Source of the DNA: Alphaproteobacteria bacterium
Lineage (GTDB): Bacteria; Pseudomonadota; Alphaproteobacteria; UBA828
Length of the DNA: 64,000 bases
Reading direction: 5' to 3'
NCBI GenBank assembly: GCA_965214705.1
Contig: OZ243972.1
Span: 3,264,001 to 3,328,000 of the forward strand
Below the pieces are notes generated by a model. That model ran no database searches. It saw nothing but the letters and a program-made list of their open reading frames with translations, and was not told the origin of the DNA. The position numbers and the translations under genes are program-made. Positions 23,189 to 32,108 of the stretch are shown here, piece after piece. Position 1 is the first letter of the stretch, and each line of letters opens with the position of its first letter.

Positions 23189-24619
23189 GTGTTTGCCGCA
23201 TCGCGCCTGAAACGAAGGGGCTCTAGCGCCGACTACTGGCCGGGCTTCGTCGACCTGATGTCGACGCTGCTCCTGGTGATGATCTTCCTGCTCGTCGTCT
23301 ACATGCTGGCGCAGTACTTCCTGCAGCGGACCCTGTCCGAGGAGACCGAGGCGAAGGACGACCTCAACGCCCAGCTCAACAGTCTCGACGAAACGCTCGC
23401 CCTTGAGCAGCAGGCCAACGCGGATCTCAGGATCAATATCGCCCAGCTCGCGGATCAGCTTCAGAGCTCGCTTTCGGTTCGGGACCAGCTCATCGCCGAG
23501 CTTTCGATGATCACCGGCGAGCGCGACACGCTCCAGCTGCGTCTCAGGGAGATGACGGGGGAGGGGCAGTCCGCGCTCGCCGAAGCAGCCCAGGCCTCCA
23601 TCAGGGCGGATGCCGGCGAGGAGAAGGTCAAGGTCCTGCTTTCCGACGTCGAGCGCCTGCGCCGCGACATCGATGCGCTGAACGCGGTGCGCCGGGATCT
23701 CGAGTCCAAGGTCGGGATAATGGCGGCAGCGCTGATCGAGAGCCGAGGCGAGCTCGGCCAGAGCGAGGAGGAGACGGCAGCCGTGCGGGCCGATCTCTCG
23801 GCGCTGCGCGACACCACGGCTGAGCTCGAAGCACGCCTCTCCGACGAGCAGGAGCGCACGGTGCTCGCCCAGCGCACGCTGGAGGAGCGGGAAATCCGCC
23901 TCGCCGAGGTGCAGGCCCTTCACCTCGCGGCCCAGTCCTCGTACGACAGCACCCAGGCGGCACTGGACGAGAACCGCCAGCTCAGCGCGCGCCAGCGCGA
24001 CCAGATCGCCGTGCTCAACCAGCAGATCGACGCGCTGAGGGCGCAGCTCGGGCGCGTCGAGCAAGCCCTGCAGATCTCGGAGCGCAAGACCCAGGAACAG
24101 GACGTGACGATCGCCAACCTGGGCCAGCGCCTCAATATGGCGCTTGCCGCCAAGGTGGAAGAGCTCGCCGCCTATCGCTCCGAGTTCTTCGGCCGGCTCC
24201 GGGAGGTGCTCAGCGACCGCCGCGACTTCACCATCATCGGCGACCGCTTCGTCTTCCAGTCCGAGGTCCTGTTCGCCCCCGCCTCCGACGAGCTGGGCCC
24301 GGAAGGTCACGACAAGTTGGCGAAGTTTGCGCAGGTCCTCAGGGACGTGATGGTTCAGATTCCGTCTGATCTGCCCTGGATCCTGCAGGTCGACGGCCAC
24401 ACCGACAGCCGGCCGATACAGACGGCCCGCTTCCCCTCCAACTGGGAGCTCTCGGCGGCGCGCGCGATCTCGGTGGTGAACTTCCTCATCGCCCTCGGCA
24501 TCCCGCCCGCGCACCTGAGCGCCGCCGGCTACGGCGAGTTCCAGCCCCTCGACGCACGCGAGGACGAGATCGCCTATCGCCGCAACCGCCGCATCGAGCT
24601 CAAGCTGACTCAGCGTTAG
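23189..24619 (+). CDS. Peptidoglycan-binding OmpA/MotB-like coiled-coil protein
   Basis: WPGFVD TM motif, long coiled coil, YRSEFFG, DGHTD, NWELSAARA and NRRIE. Confidence 0.9.
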   Translation: MFAASRLKRRGSSADYWPGFVDLMSTLLLVMIFLLVVYMLAQYFLQRTLSEETEAKDDLNAQLNSLDETLALEQQANADLRINIAQLADQLQSSLSVRDQLIAELSMITGERDTLQLRLREMTGEGQSALAEAAQASIRADAGEEKVKVLLSDVERLRRDIDALNAVRRDLESKVGIMAAALIESRGELGQSEEETAAVRADLSALRDTTAELEARLSDEQERTVLAQRTLEEREIRLAEVQALHLAAQSSYDSTQAALDENRQLSARQRDQIAVLNQQIDALRAQLGRVEQALQISERKTQEQDVTIANLGQRLNMALAAKVEELAAYRSEFFGRLREVLSDRRDFTIIGDRFVFQSEVLFAPASDELGPEGHDKLAKFAQVLRDVMVQIPSDLPWILQVDGHTDSRPIQTARFPSNWELSAARAISVVNFLIALGIPPAHLSAAGYGEFQPLDAREDEIAYRRNRRIELKLTQR

Positions 24620-24730
24620 AGCGAGTCCGTCTTTGACGGACTCGCGACAGGCCGCGACCGCGGCCCGCCGCTCCTGCGGCGCCCTCGCGGAGGCGCCGGC
24701 CGTAGGCCGGCTGCCGTGAGCGACAAATGC
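24617..24730 (+). mobile_element. MITE-like palindromic element, TAGAGC-ended family (partial copy)
   Basis: tagagcgagtccgtctttgacggactcgcgacaggccgcg...gccggctgccgtgagcga is nearly identical to 49690-49866; it begins in the TAG stop of the upstream gene. Confidence 0.85.
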
Positions 24731-24739
24731 TTCAAGGGA

Positions 24740-26614
24740 TCACCCGGCCGCGCTGCGGGGCGCGGCGGCGAGAGCGTCGCGCGCCGAATCCTCTTCGCGC
24801 CCGTCGTCGAACTGGAGCGCCGCGAGCCTCGCGTAGAGCCCGCCGCGCGCCATCAGCGCCCGGTGCGTGCCCTCGGCGACCACGCGGCCTTCGTCCATCA
24901 CCACGATACGGTCCGCCTTCTGCACGGTGGCGAGGCGATGCGCGATGACGATGGTGGTCCGCCCTGCCATCAGCCGCTCCAGCGCCGCCTGCACTGCGCG
25001 CTCGCTCTCGGCATCCAGCGCGCTGGTGGCCTCGTCGAGCAGCAGCACCGCCGGGTTGCGCAGCACGGCGCGGGCGATCGCAAGCCGTTGCTTCTGCCCG
25101 CCCGAGAGCCTGGTTCCCTTCTCGCCGAGGAAGGTATCAAAACCCTCCGGCAGGCTGTCGAGGAAGGCCGCCGCCCCCGCCGCCTCTGCTGCGGCGCGGA
25201 CCTCGTCGTCGCTCGCTTCGGGCCGACCGAAGCGGATGTTTTCCCGCGCGCTCGTCGCAAACATCACCGCATCCTGCGGCACCAGCGCGAAGGAGCGCCG
25301 CACCGCCTCCAGCGAAGCCTCCCGCAGGTCCACCCCGTCGAGCACGACGCGCCCGTCCTCGGGGTCGTAGAAGCGGAGCAGCAGATTGAACACGGTCGAC
25401 TTGCCCGCACCCGAGGGGCCCACCAGGGCCACCGTCTCGCCCGGCGCGACGGCGAGCGAGAACCCCTCCAGCGCCGGCGCGTCCGGCCGCGCGGGGTAGT
25501 GGAAGGTGGCGCGGTCCAGCTCGACGGCGCCCTGTTGCGGCTCCGGCAACGGCTTCGCCATCGCAGGCGAGGGCGCAAGCGCGGGCTCCTCGTTGAGCAG
25601 CTCCGCCAGCCGCTCGGCCGCGCCCGCCGCATGCTGCAGGTCGCCGTAGACCTCGCTGAGCGAGCCCACCGAGCCCGCGACCACCACGGCGTAGAACATG
25701 AAGGCGGTCATCTCGCCGCCGGTCATCTCGCCCTGCAGCACGGTGGTGCCGGCGATCCAGAGCACGAGGCCCACGCCGCAGAAGACCAGCAGGATGACGA
25801 TCGCGGTCAACATCGCCCGCGCCTGCACGCGCCGCAGCGCCGCGCGGAACGCCGCCTCCACGTGGTCGCCGAAGCGCTCGCCGCTCCGCTCCTCCTGGCC
25901 GAAGGCCTGCACGGTGCGGATGCCGCCGAGTGCCTCTTCGAGGTGGCCGCCGACATCGCCCACGCGGTCCTGGGCCACGCGGGAGAAGCGCCGCACGCGC
26001 CGGCCGAGCACGACGATGGGGATCACCACCACGGGCACCATCAGCACCACGAAGCCGGTGAGCGTCGGGCTGGTCACCACCAGCATCGCGCTCGCGCCGA
26101 GGAAGAGCAGCAGGTTGCGCAGCGCCGAGGACGCCTGCTGGCCGATCACGGTCTGCAGCAGGGTGGTGTCGGTGGTGATGCGCGAGAGCAGCTCCCCCAC
26201 CTTGTTGATCTCGAAGAAGGCCGGGCTCAGCCCCACCAGGCGGCGGAAGATCGCGCGCCTGATGTCGGCCACCACCCGCTCGCCGAGCCAGGAGACGAGG
26301 TAGAAGCGCGCAAACGAACCGCCCGCCAGCAGCGCCACCATGCCCGCCATGTAGATCAGCGCATGGTGGAGCCGCGAGATCTCCTCCGCGCTGAGGCCGT
26401 CGTCGATCAGGACCCGGAGCCCCTGGCCCATCGCGAGCACCGCCGCGGCGCTGACGCAGAGCGCGAAGACCGCCGCCACGATCACTCCGCGGTAGGGCCG
26501 GAGGAAGCGGAACAGGTAGCGGATGCGGCGGATCTCGCCACGGGGCGGCAGGGCTGACGCCGCCGGCGAATCGCCGGAGCGCCGCCGCCTCGCTTCCGAT
26601 CCGAAGATGCTCAC
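24740..26614 (-). CDS. ABC transporter, fused permease/ATPase (MsbA-like exporter)
   Basis: [50 protein letters not shown] and IAHRL motifs. Confidence 0.93.
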   Translation of the reverse strand: MSIFGSEARRRRSGDSPAASALPPRGEIRRIRYLFRFLRPYRGVIVAAVFALCVSAAAVLAMGQGLRVLIDDGLSAEEISRLHHALIYMAGMVALLAGGSFARFYLVSWLGERVVADIRRAIFRRLVGLSPAFFEINKVGELLSRITTDTTLLQTVIGQQASSALRNLLLFLGASAMLVVTSPTLTGFVVLMVPVVVIPIVVLGRRVRRFSRVAQDRVGDVGGHLEEALGGIRTVQAFGQEERSGERFGDHVEAAFRAALRRVQARAMLTAIVILLVFCGVGLVLWIAGTTVLQGEMTGGEMTAFMFYAVVVAGSVGSLSEVYGDLQHAAGAAERLAELLNEEPALAPSPAMAKPLPEPQQGAVELDRATFHYPARPDAPALEGFSLAVAPGETVALVGPSGAGKSTVFNLLLRFYDPEDGRVVLDGVDLREASLEAVRRSFALVPQDAVMFATSARENIRFGRPEASDDEVRAAAEAAGAAAFLDSLPEGFDTFLGEKGTRLSGGQKQRLAIARAVLRNPAVLLLDEATSALDAESERAVQAALERLMAGRTTIVIAHRLATVQKADRIVVMDEGRVVAEGTHRALMARGGLYARLAALQFDDGREEDSARDALAAAPRSAAG

Positions 26615-26730
26615 CGCTGCCGCCCCCCGTTCTGGTGGCGGCACGATATCCGAGTCGCGGCGGAGCCAATAGCCGCTTGCGCCGGGCGCGCCGCGTCTAT
26701 ATGAAAGCCGCGCGACAAGCGGGGCCCGCC

Positions 26731-26955
26731 ATGAAGAAAGACATTCATCCCGATTACCACGAGATCACCGTCGTCCGGACCGACGGCAGCACCTTTACCA
26801 CGCGGTCCACGTGGGGCAAGGCGGGCGACACGCTCACCCTCGATATCGATCCCCTGTCGCACCCGGTGTGGACCGGCGGGGCCCAGCGCATCGTCGACCG
26901 CGGCGGCCAGGTCTCGCGCTTCAACAAGCGCTTCGGCGACTTCGGCCTGAACTAA
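26731..26955 (+). CDS. rpmE: 50S ribosomal protein L31
   Basis: [23 protein letters not shown] and [10 protein letters not shown] motifs. Confidence 0.97.
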   Translation: MKKDIHPDYHEITVVRTDGSTFTTRSTWGKAGDTLTLDIDPLSHPVWTGGAQRIVDRGGQVSRFNKRFGDFGLN

Positions 26956-27019
26956 GTCTCGCACGCGCGAAGCGTCGTGCGAGCGAAACCAAGAGTCCCG
27001 AACGCCTGACTTCCCCCAC

Positions 27020-27049
27020 CGTCATGGCCAGACTCGTTCCGGCCATCCA
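27020..27049 (+). repeat. Alphaproteobacterial REP arm (cgtcatggcc...ggccatcca)
   Basis: Same family as 45802-45895 and 49539-49642. Confidence 0.7.
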
Positions 27050-27114
27050 TGTCCCGCGCGTCTGAGGCTCGTGTGCCGAAGGGTCATGTGCCCAAGAGCG
27101 GCCTTGTGTCTCGT

Positions 27115-27408
27115 CGGCCCGGTGGGATTATCCCAAAAGTTAATTTTAGGCGGCCTATTCCGGCCCACTCCGGCCCAAAGTGGCCCAAGGTGGTCCGAGG
27201 CGGGCGGCCCAAGGTGGCCCAAGGTCGCCCACGCGACAAAATAATCGCAACCACGGAAGCAGAGGCCCGCCTGCCCATCGATCTTGCTTGCCGTGACCCG
27301 CTCGCTTTCGCACTGCGTCGCGCGGATACACGCGCGGGAAAATAATCGAACCATCTCGCGATCCTGACGCAGTCACCCCGCCCTGTGCACCGCACCATAG
27401 TCCGGGGA
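27115..27408 (-). repeat. Copy A of the dispersed ~300-bp structured element
   Basis: 27261-27407 aligns without gaps to 42838-42984 (25 mismatches in 147 nt by hand count); cggtggga...ttaatttt end motif; 10-bp ggcccaaggt-type repeats at 27162-27231. Confidence 0.85.
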
Positions 27409-27435
27409 GTCGGGAGGGGAGGAGTCCCACCATGT

Positions 27436-27463
27436 CTTGCCCCGACCAGGTCCGGCACGACGG
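27436..27463 (-). repeat. Degenerate inverted REP arm
   Basis: Reverse complement ccgtcgtgccggacctggtcggggca resembles ccgtcatgcccggacttgatccgggca at 45801. Confidence 0.5.
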
Positions 27464-27483
27464 CATGTGACAGCGATTGGAAT

Positions 27484-27506
27484 GGAAAGAGCGCCCCGGC
27501 TCTTCC
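27484..27506 (-). terminator. Hairpin immediately after the stop of the small lipoprotein gene
   Basis: GGAAAGAGC-gccccg-GCTCTTCC; the U-tract is weak. Confidence 0.4.
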
Positions 27507-27755
27507 CTAAATGCAGTCGAAGTGGAAATGTTTGATGGTGCAGGCCTCGTCCTTGCATTGAACCCTGGTGGGCTGCGCGACCTTGCCGTGAACTGCGCAT
27601 CCCCTCTCGGCTGCGCTCCACACCCTTTGTTCTTGGGTTAAGTGACCCGCCTTTATGACGATGTTGCCGCTGTCGAGGTGTTCGACGACCGACGCGGACT
27701 GAGCGCAACCGGCAACGGCCAAGGCGACGATCCCGACAACCAGCAGGCGTCTCAT
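27507..27755 (-). CDS. Small Cys-rich lipoprotein (82 aa)
   Basis: MRRLLVVGIVALAVAG-C lipobox; GGAGGA SD 5 nt upstream; four more Cys, ending FDCI. Confidence 0.8.
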   Translation of the reverse strand: MRRLLVVGIVALAVAGCAQSASVVEHLDSGNIVIKAGHLTQEQRVWSAAERGCAVHGKVAQPTRVQCKDEACTIKHFHFDCI

Positions 27756-28133
27756 CGTTCCCTCCCTGCGTTGATCGCGCGCGCCTCGGACTTGCCGCCA
27801 AGGGTCGCAGGCGATGCGCGGCGCGTCAGGCTGGCCTCATGCTGCACCGCTCGCGCCGCTTACCACCATTATAGGGCTGTCCCTGGCCCCTCGTGTCTCG
27901 TTTTGAAGGTTTGCCGGAAGCTGGGTCTGCGCGCGCCCGCTCCACCAGTTATTCCTCACATCGTTATGGCCGTGTGTGGACGCCTCGTGTGTGGAGTCGT
28001 TCCGGGCAGCTCTTTCGATCAGTCCGACCGCGCGTGGGTGGGCACGGGGGTTGCGCGCAGGTCGGCGCGATAACCTATTGAAATGGGGTGATACGACGAG
28101 GTCGAATTCGCACGCCAAACAACAATCGGGGAC

Positions 28134-29387
28134 TTACACGGCGGCCCAGTGGGAGCCTTCGATCCCGCCCACCCGCCGGCCGGCCTTGATGTGAATACGA
28201 CGGCCGGGGAGGCGCCGCAGGACATCGACCAGGTTGGTGGCCTCAAACACCACCAGGTCGGCGGGGGAGCCTGCGGCAACCTCGGGCACGGGCGCGCCGA
28301 TGATCTTCGCCGCGCGCGTGGTCACCATCTCGAAGCCCTCGCGGACCTCCTCGTCGAGCCTCATGCCGGCGCTGTGCACGGTCATGTAGGCGAGCTCCAC
28401 CGGGTCCATCCGGTTGAAGCGGTACCAGATGTCGTACATGTTGTCGGCGCCGGCGGCGACGTTGATGCCGGCGTCGAGCATCTCCTTCACCCGCGACGAG
28501 CCCCGGTTCTGGGGCGTCCGGCCCTCACCGCCCAGCATCTGGAGGTTGGCGATCGGCAGCACGGTCACCGCCATGTCGGCGTCCAGCACCTTGTCGATCA
28601 CCCGCGTCGCCTCCTCGTCGGGGTAGACCGCGAGCGCGTTGCAGTGGCTGGCGACGACCCGGCCCTGCATGCCGTGGGCGACGGTGGCCTCGGCCAGCAT
28701 CTCCAGCGTCTTGAGCTCGGCCCGATCCATGTAGTCGGCATGCATTTCCACGCCCACGTCGAACTCGGCGGCGAGATCGAGCACCGTCTCGACGTGCGTG
28801 CGCTGGTCTTCCACCGAGGCCTCGACCTCCGGCAGGCCGCCGACCGCCGCAGCGCCCGTGCCGAGCGCCTCGCGCAGCAGCGCCGGCGCCTCCGGGTCCG
28901 CGACGATCCCTTCCTGTGGGAAGGCGACGAGGGTGACGTCAACGACGCCGGCGAAGCGATCGCGCGCGCGCATCACGCCTTCGAAGGAGACCAGCTTGGT
29001 CGCGAAGTCCACGTCGATCTGGGCGTGCAGGCGGCCGATGCCGTGGGCTGCGGCGAGCCTGAGGGCGGTGCTGGCGCGCTCCTCCACGTCGGCGACGGTG
29101 AAATGGATCTTGGCCTCGCGGGCGCGGTCCAAGGCTTCCTGCGGCCCGCGCGCTCCCAGCAGGTCGCGGCTCAGAACCTTGTCGATATGAAAATGGGGAT
29201 CGACGAAGGAGGGCGTGACCAGCCCGCCGCGCGCATCGATGCGCGCCGCCGCGTGGCCGTCGAGGGTAGGCGCGACCGCCTCGATACGGCCGTCGCGGAT
29301 GCCGATGGAGACCGGCGCCGCATCGTCGAGACGCACCGCGTCGTGAATAAGAAGGTCCCACTCGGGGCCCGGAGCCGCGTCCGTCAT
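28134..29387 (-). CDS. Metal-dependent amidohydrolase, cytosine/creatinine deaminase (CodA/AtzC) family
   Basis: DPHFHIDK, AFPQEG, MHAD, ASHC and GADN motifs. Confidence 0.9.
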   Translation of the reverse strand: MTDAAPGPEWDLLIHDAVRLDDAAPVSIGIRDGRIEAVAPTLDGHAAARIDARGGLVTPSFVDPHFHIDKVLSRDLLGARGPQEALDRAREAKIHFTVADVEERASTALRLAAAHGIGRLHAQIDVDFATKLVSFEGVMRARDRFAGVVDVTLVAFPQEGIVADPEAPALLREALGTGAAAVGGLPEVEASVEDQRTHVETVLDLAAEFDVGVEMHADYMDRAELKTLEMLAEATVAHGMQGRVVASHCNALAVYPDEEATRVIDKVLDADMAVTVLPIANLQMLGGEGRTPQNRGSSRVKEMLDAGINVAAGADNMYDIWYRFNRMDPVELAYMTVHSAGMRLDEEVREGFEMVTTRAAKIIGAPVPEVAAGSPADLVVFEATNLVDVLRRLPGRRIHIKAGRRVGGIEGSHWAAV

Positions 29388-29426
29388 GTCTCCTCCGCCG
29401 TCATTGATTTCGTCGAGGCCGCGTTG

Positions 29427-30632
29427 TCACTCCCAGTAGATCGGCGAGGTGGTGATGACCTCGACGCTGTCCTTGTGGACGATCAGGTTCTGCTCGAAGC
29501 CCACCGCGCCGACCCCCTCCCAGGCGAGGAAGGCCTCGGAGCTGCAGACCATGTTCTCCTGGATGAGCTGGTCCTCGTCGCAGGTCGAAAGGCCGTACAT
29601 CGGGTTCTCGAACATCATGTCGCAGAGGTGGCCGTAGAGCGGCCATTGCAGGCCGGCCTGATCGACCGTGTCGCCGCCGCCCGCTTCCCTGGTCAGCCGG
29701 TCGCCCTCGCGCGCGAGCTCGTGGGGTGAGACGCCGGGGCGGATCTTCGCCATCACGCCGTCGACGATGCTCATGCAGGCTTCCATCAGCTCGCGTTGCG
29801 TGTTGCTCGGCCGGCGCCCGCACACCGCCGTCCGCCCCGGATCCAGGAAATAGCCGTGGCGCATCGGCCCCATGATCCAGGCGCGCACGAAATCGCCGTC
29901 TGCGGGCGCGGAATCTGGATCGGCGCCGCTCAGCGGATAGCGGCTGAAATTGTTCATCTCGTCGCCGGTGCCGTGGGAGAGGCGGATGATCGCGGGAATG
30001 CCGCCTCGGCGCACCACTTCGGCAGCGCCGGCGGCGGCGGCCTCGGCCTCGGTCTGGCCCGAGACGAGGCCCTCCATGATGAGCGTCAGCGCGCGGCTCG
30101 CGATGTCGCCGGCCTCGCGAAAGACATCGAGTTCGCGCGGACTCTTGACGTGCTGCACCGACTTGACGAGGTCGTCTTCGGGGCACCAGTCGATGCGCGG
30201 GCACCATTCGCGCAGCCAGTCCATGTACTTGCAGGGCAGAAAGTCCGTGCCGACGATGGCGACCGGCCCGGTGATCCCCTGCTCGTTGAGCGCGTCGGCG
30301 GTGCCCTTGATCGGGTTCTGGTGCCAGTGCCAGTTGTCCGTCGCGAGCCAGTCCGCCGGCTCCAGGAGCTCGTCGTTGTGCAGCTCGGGCTCCCGGCCCG
30401 CGCGCATGATCACGGCGTTGTGGCCGCGCCCCTGCCAGAGGTTGTTGTCCGGCGTCTGGCCTGGGTGCCCCGAATAGTGGTTCACCAGCCAAAGAAGGTT
30501 GGCGCGGCGGTCGTATGAGCTCGCGCCGCGCGACCAGATGACGGCGGTCTCGTAGCCGCGCCGCGCCATCTCGCCGTGGACCTTGGCCCAGCGCGCCTCG
30601 TATTCCTCCCTGGGAAAGACCTGGCTCGTCAT
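29427..30632 (-). CDS. M24 (pita-bread fold) family hydrolase
   Basis: FPREEYEARW creatinase-type N-domain, VKSPREL, GYFLDPGRT, YGH and FEQNL. Confidence 0.85.
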   Translation of the reverse strand: MTSQVFPREEYEARWAKVHGEMARRGYETAVIWSRGASSYDRRANLLWLVNHYSGHPGQTPDNNLWQGRGHNAVIMRAGREPELHNDELLEPADWLATDNWHWHQNPIKGTADALNEQGITGPVAIVGTDFLPCKYMDWLREWCPRIDWCPEDDLVKSVQHVKSPRELDVFREAGDIASRALTLIMEGLVSGQTEAEAAAAGAAEVVRRGGIPAIIRLSHGTGDEMNNFSRYPLSGADPDSAPADGDFVRAWIMGPMRHGYFLDPGRTAVCGRRPSNTQRELMEACMSIVDGVMAKIRPGVSPHELAREGDRLTREAGGGDTVDQAGLQWPLYGHLCDMMFENPMYGLSTCDEDQLIQENMVCSSEAFLAWEGVGAVGFEQNLIVHKDSVEVITTSPIYWE

Positions 30633-30701
30633 GGCCGCCCCCTTCGACCTGCCGCCACGGAAGGTTACTTCCATCGGCGGCTTTCCACCAATGGGCGGGA
30701 G

Positions 30702-31067
30702 CTAGCGCTGCCTCCTCGACCACGGCGGGGCACCTGAGCCATGTTCTTGGGTGACGCTGAGTCGCCCAGCCGCAATCAGGGCGTCCAGCGCCTCCCGGAG
30801 CGAGCGGCCGGACACCAGGTATTTGCTGATCTTGCCGGGCGGGAGCGTCAGATCGCGCTGCTTGAGTGCGCCCGAGACATACGCACGTATCTCCGCGAAG
30901 GAGCGGAGCTCGGCGAGGATCGGTGCGAGCAGCCCGTCGAGCTCGTCGAGCGCAAGCGATGTCTCCCATTCGACCGTGATTTTCTGCTCGAAGCTGTAGC
31001 TGCCTTCGAGCAGGATCGCATCGGGGCGCGGCCGGTCGGGCCGCCTAGCGCGCCGCGCCTGCGCCAT
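30702..31067 (-). CDS. Hypothetical protein (121 aa)
   Basis: Fills the gap between the LysR and M24 genes on the same strand; ATG overlaps the LysR 3' end; protein-like amphipathic composition. Confidence 0.6.
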   Translation of the reverse strand: MAQARRARRPDRPRPDAILLEGSYSFEQKITVEWETSLALDELDGLLAPILAELRSFAEIRAYVSGALKQRDLTLPPGKISKYLVSGRSLREALDALIAAGRLSVTQEHGSGAPPWSRRQR

Positions 31068-31965
31068 GGGCCACCGCCTCGGGTCCCAGCACCTTCGTCC
31101 TGGTGAGCCTGCGGTCGAGCACCTCGACAATGGCGGCCGTCAGCGCGCGAATGGCGCCGGTCGCCCCGGCAGGATTCCAGAAGAGGCCGATATCGAAGTC
31201 GTCGAGAGCGGGCAGCTCCGGACACGGCGGCAATGGGCGGAGCGTGGGCGGTACGGTGCTCTGCGAGATCGCGGTGAGCCCGAGCCCGCTTTCGATCGCC
31301 GCCTGATTGCCGGCGAGATTCGAGCTGGAATAGACGATCCGGTAAGGGATGTCGCGGCGCCGCAGCGCGCTGAGCACGCGCAGTCGGTACTGGCAGCCAT
31401 CCGGGAACAGGACCAGCGGAAGCGGGCGCCGCACGCGCAGATCGTGGGCCTGGCTGCCGACCCAGGCCATCGGCTCGCGCCATTGATCCGTCAGATGTGC
31501 GGTCGATCTGTCGTCGTGCACGGCCAGCACAACGTCGAACGCGTTCCGGGCGAGGCCGCCGACCAGGTCGCGGCTCAGCTCGCAGGTCACGTCGAGCGCG
31601 ACATCCGGGTGGGTCTCGGAGAACCGGCCGAGCAGTTGGGGCAGGAACGAGAGCGCGAAGTCGCTGGGAATGCCGACGCGGATCGTCCCGGTCAGGATGC
31701 CGCCGTCCAGGCGACCCACGCATTCGTCGTTCAAGGCGACGATCTGCTTGGCATACTCAAGGACGATCTCGCCCTGCGGCGTGAGACCGAAGGACTTGCC
31801 TGAATTGGTGAGGATCGGCGAGCCGACGATCTGCTGCAGCCGCCGCATCTGCAGGCTTACCGCCGACTGCGAGCGGCCGATCTCTTCGCCAGTGCGCGAG
31901 AAGCTCTGCGTCCGGTCCAGAACGAGCAGCGTTCTCAACAGGTCGATCGGGAGGATGCGTTCCAT
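31045..31965 (-). CDS. LysR-family transcriptional regulator
   Basis: DLLRTL...SFSRTGEEIGRSQSAVSLQMRRL HTH, LTPQGE and a LysR substrate domain; divergent from the catabolic operon. Confidence 0.95.
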   Translation of the reverse strand: MERILPIDLLRTLLVLDRTQSFSRTGEEIGRSQSAVSLQMRRLQQIVGSPILTNSGKSFGLTPQGEIVLEYAKQIVALNDECVGRLDGGILTGTIRVGIPSDFALSFLPQLLGRFSETHPDVALDVTCELSRDLVGGLARNAFDVVLAVHDDRSTAHLTDQWREPMAWVGSQAHDLRVRRPLPLVLFPDGCQYRLRVLSALRRRDIPYRIVYSSSNLAGNQAAIESGLGLTAISQSTVPPTLRPLPPCPELPALDDFDIGLFWNPAGATGAIRALTAAIVEVLDRRLTRTKVLGPEAVAHGAGAAR

Positions 31966-31973
31966 TCGTGCAT

Positions 31974-31990
31974 CATGAGAGACACTCATG
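31974..31990. promoter_or_regulatory. Putative LysR recognition site (T-N11-A dyad)
   Basis: CATGAG-agaca-CTCATG perfect dyad, followed by an AT-rich tract, between the divergent genes. Confidence 0.6.
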
Positions 31991-32108
31991 GAACTATATT
32001 GACTATTAATGCAGATAATCAATCGCTCGGTGCTATTGGTGGTCGCTGCCGCCTCGTAAACTGACGGGATTCGCTGCCGAGAACGACAACAGTGTGGAGG
32101 GGGGCGCC

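Noticed and set aside
22013-24619. Flagellar stator motAB or a Zorya-type defence system
   Set aside because: There are no flagellar genes or ZorC/D/E partners nearby. It matches the common alphaproteobacterial MotA-like/OmpA coiled-coil pair found next to an ABC exporter and rpmE.
26957-26996. Hairpin after rpmE sharing gcgaaaccaagag with 42829-42841
   Set aside because: A 13-bp match alone cannot be separated from chance. It may be a terminator or a small repeat, so I did not call it.
27162-27231. Short tandem repeats as a possible CRISPR array
   Set aside because: The units are 10 bp with no unique spacers, and there are no cas genes in the window.
27312-27373. Three-way junction as a hammerhead ribozyme (ctgacg and ggaaa present in copy A)
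   Set aside because: The CUGANGA/GAAA core is incomplete in A and not conserved in B (ctcacg, ggaatg).
27893-27930. LKVCRKLGL, resembling an IS3 OrfA helix-turn-helix fragment
   Set aside because: Too short, with no other transposase similarity or inverted repeats around it.
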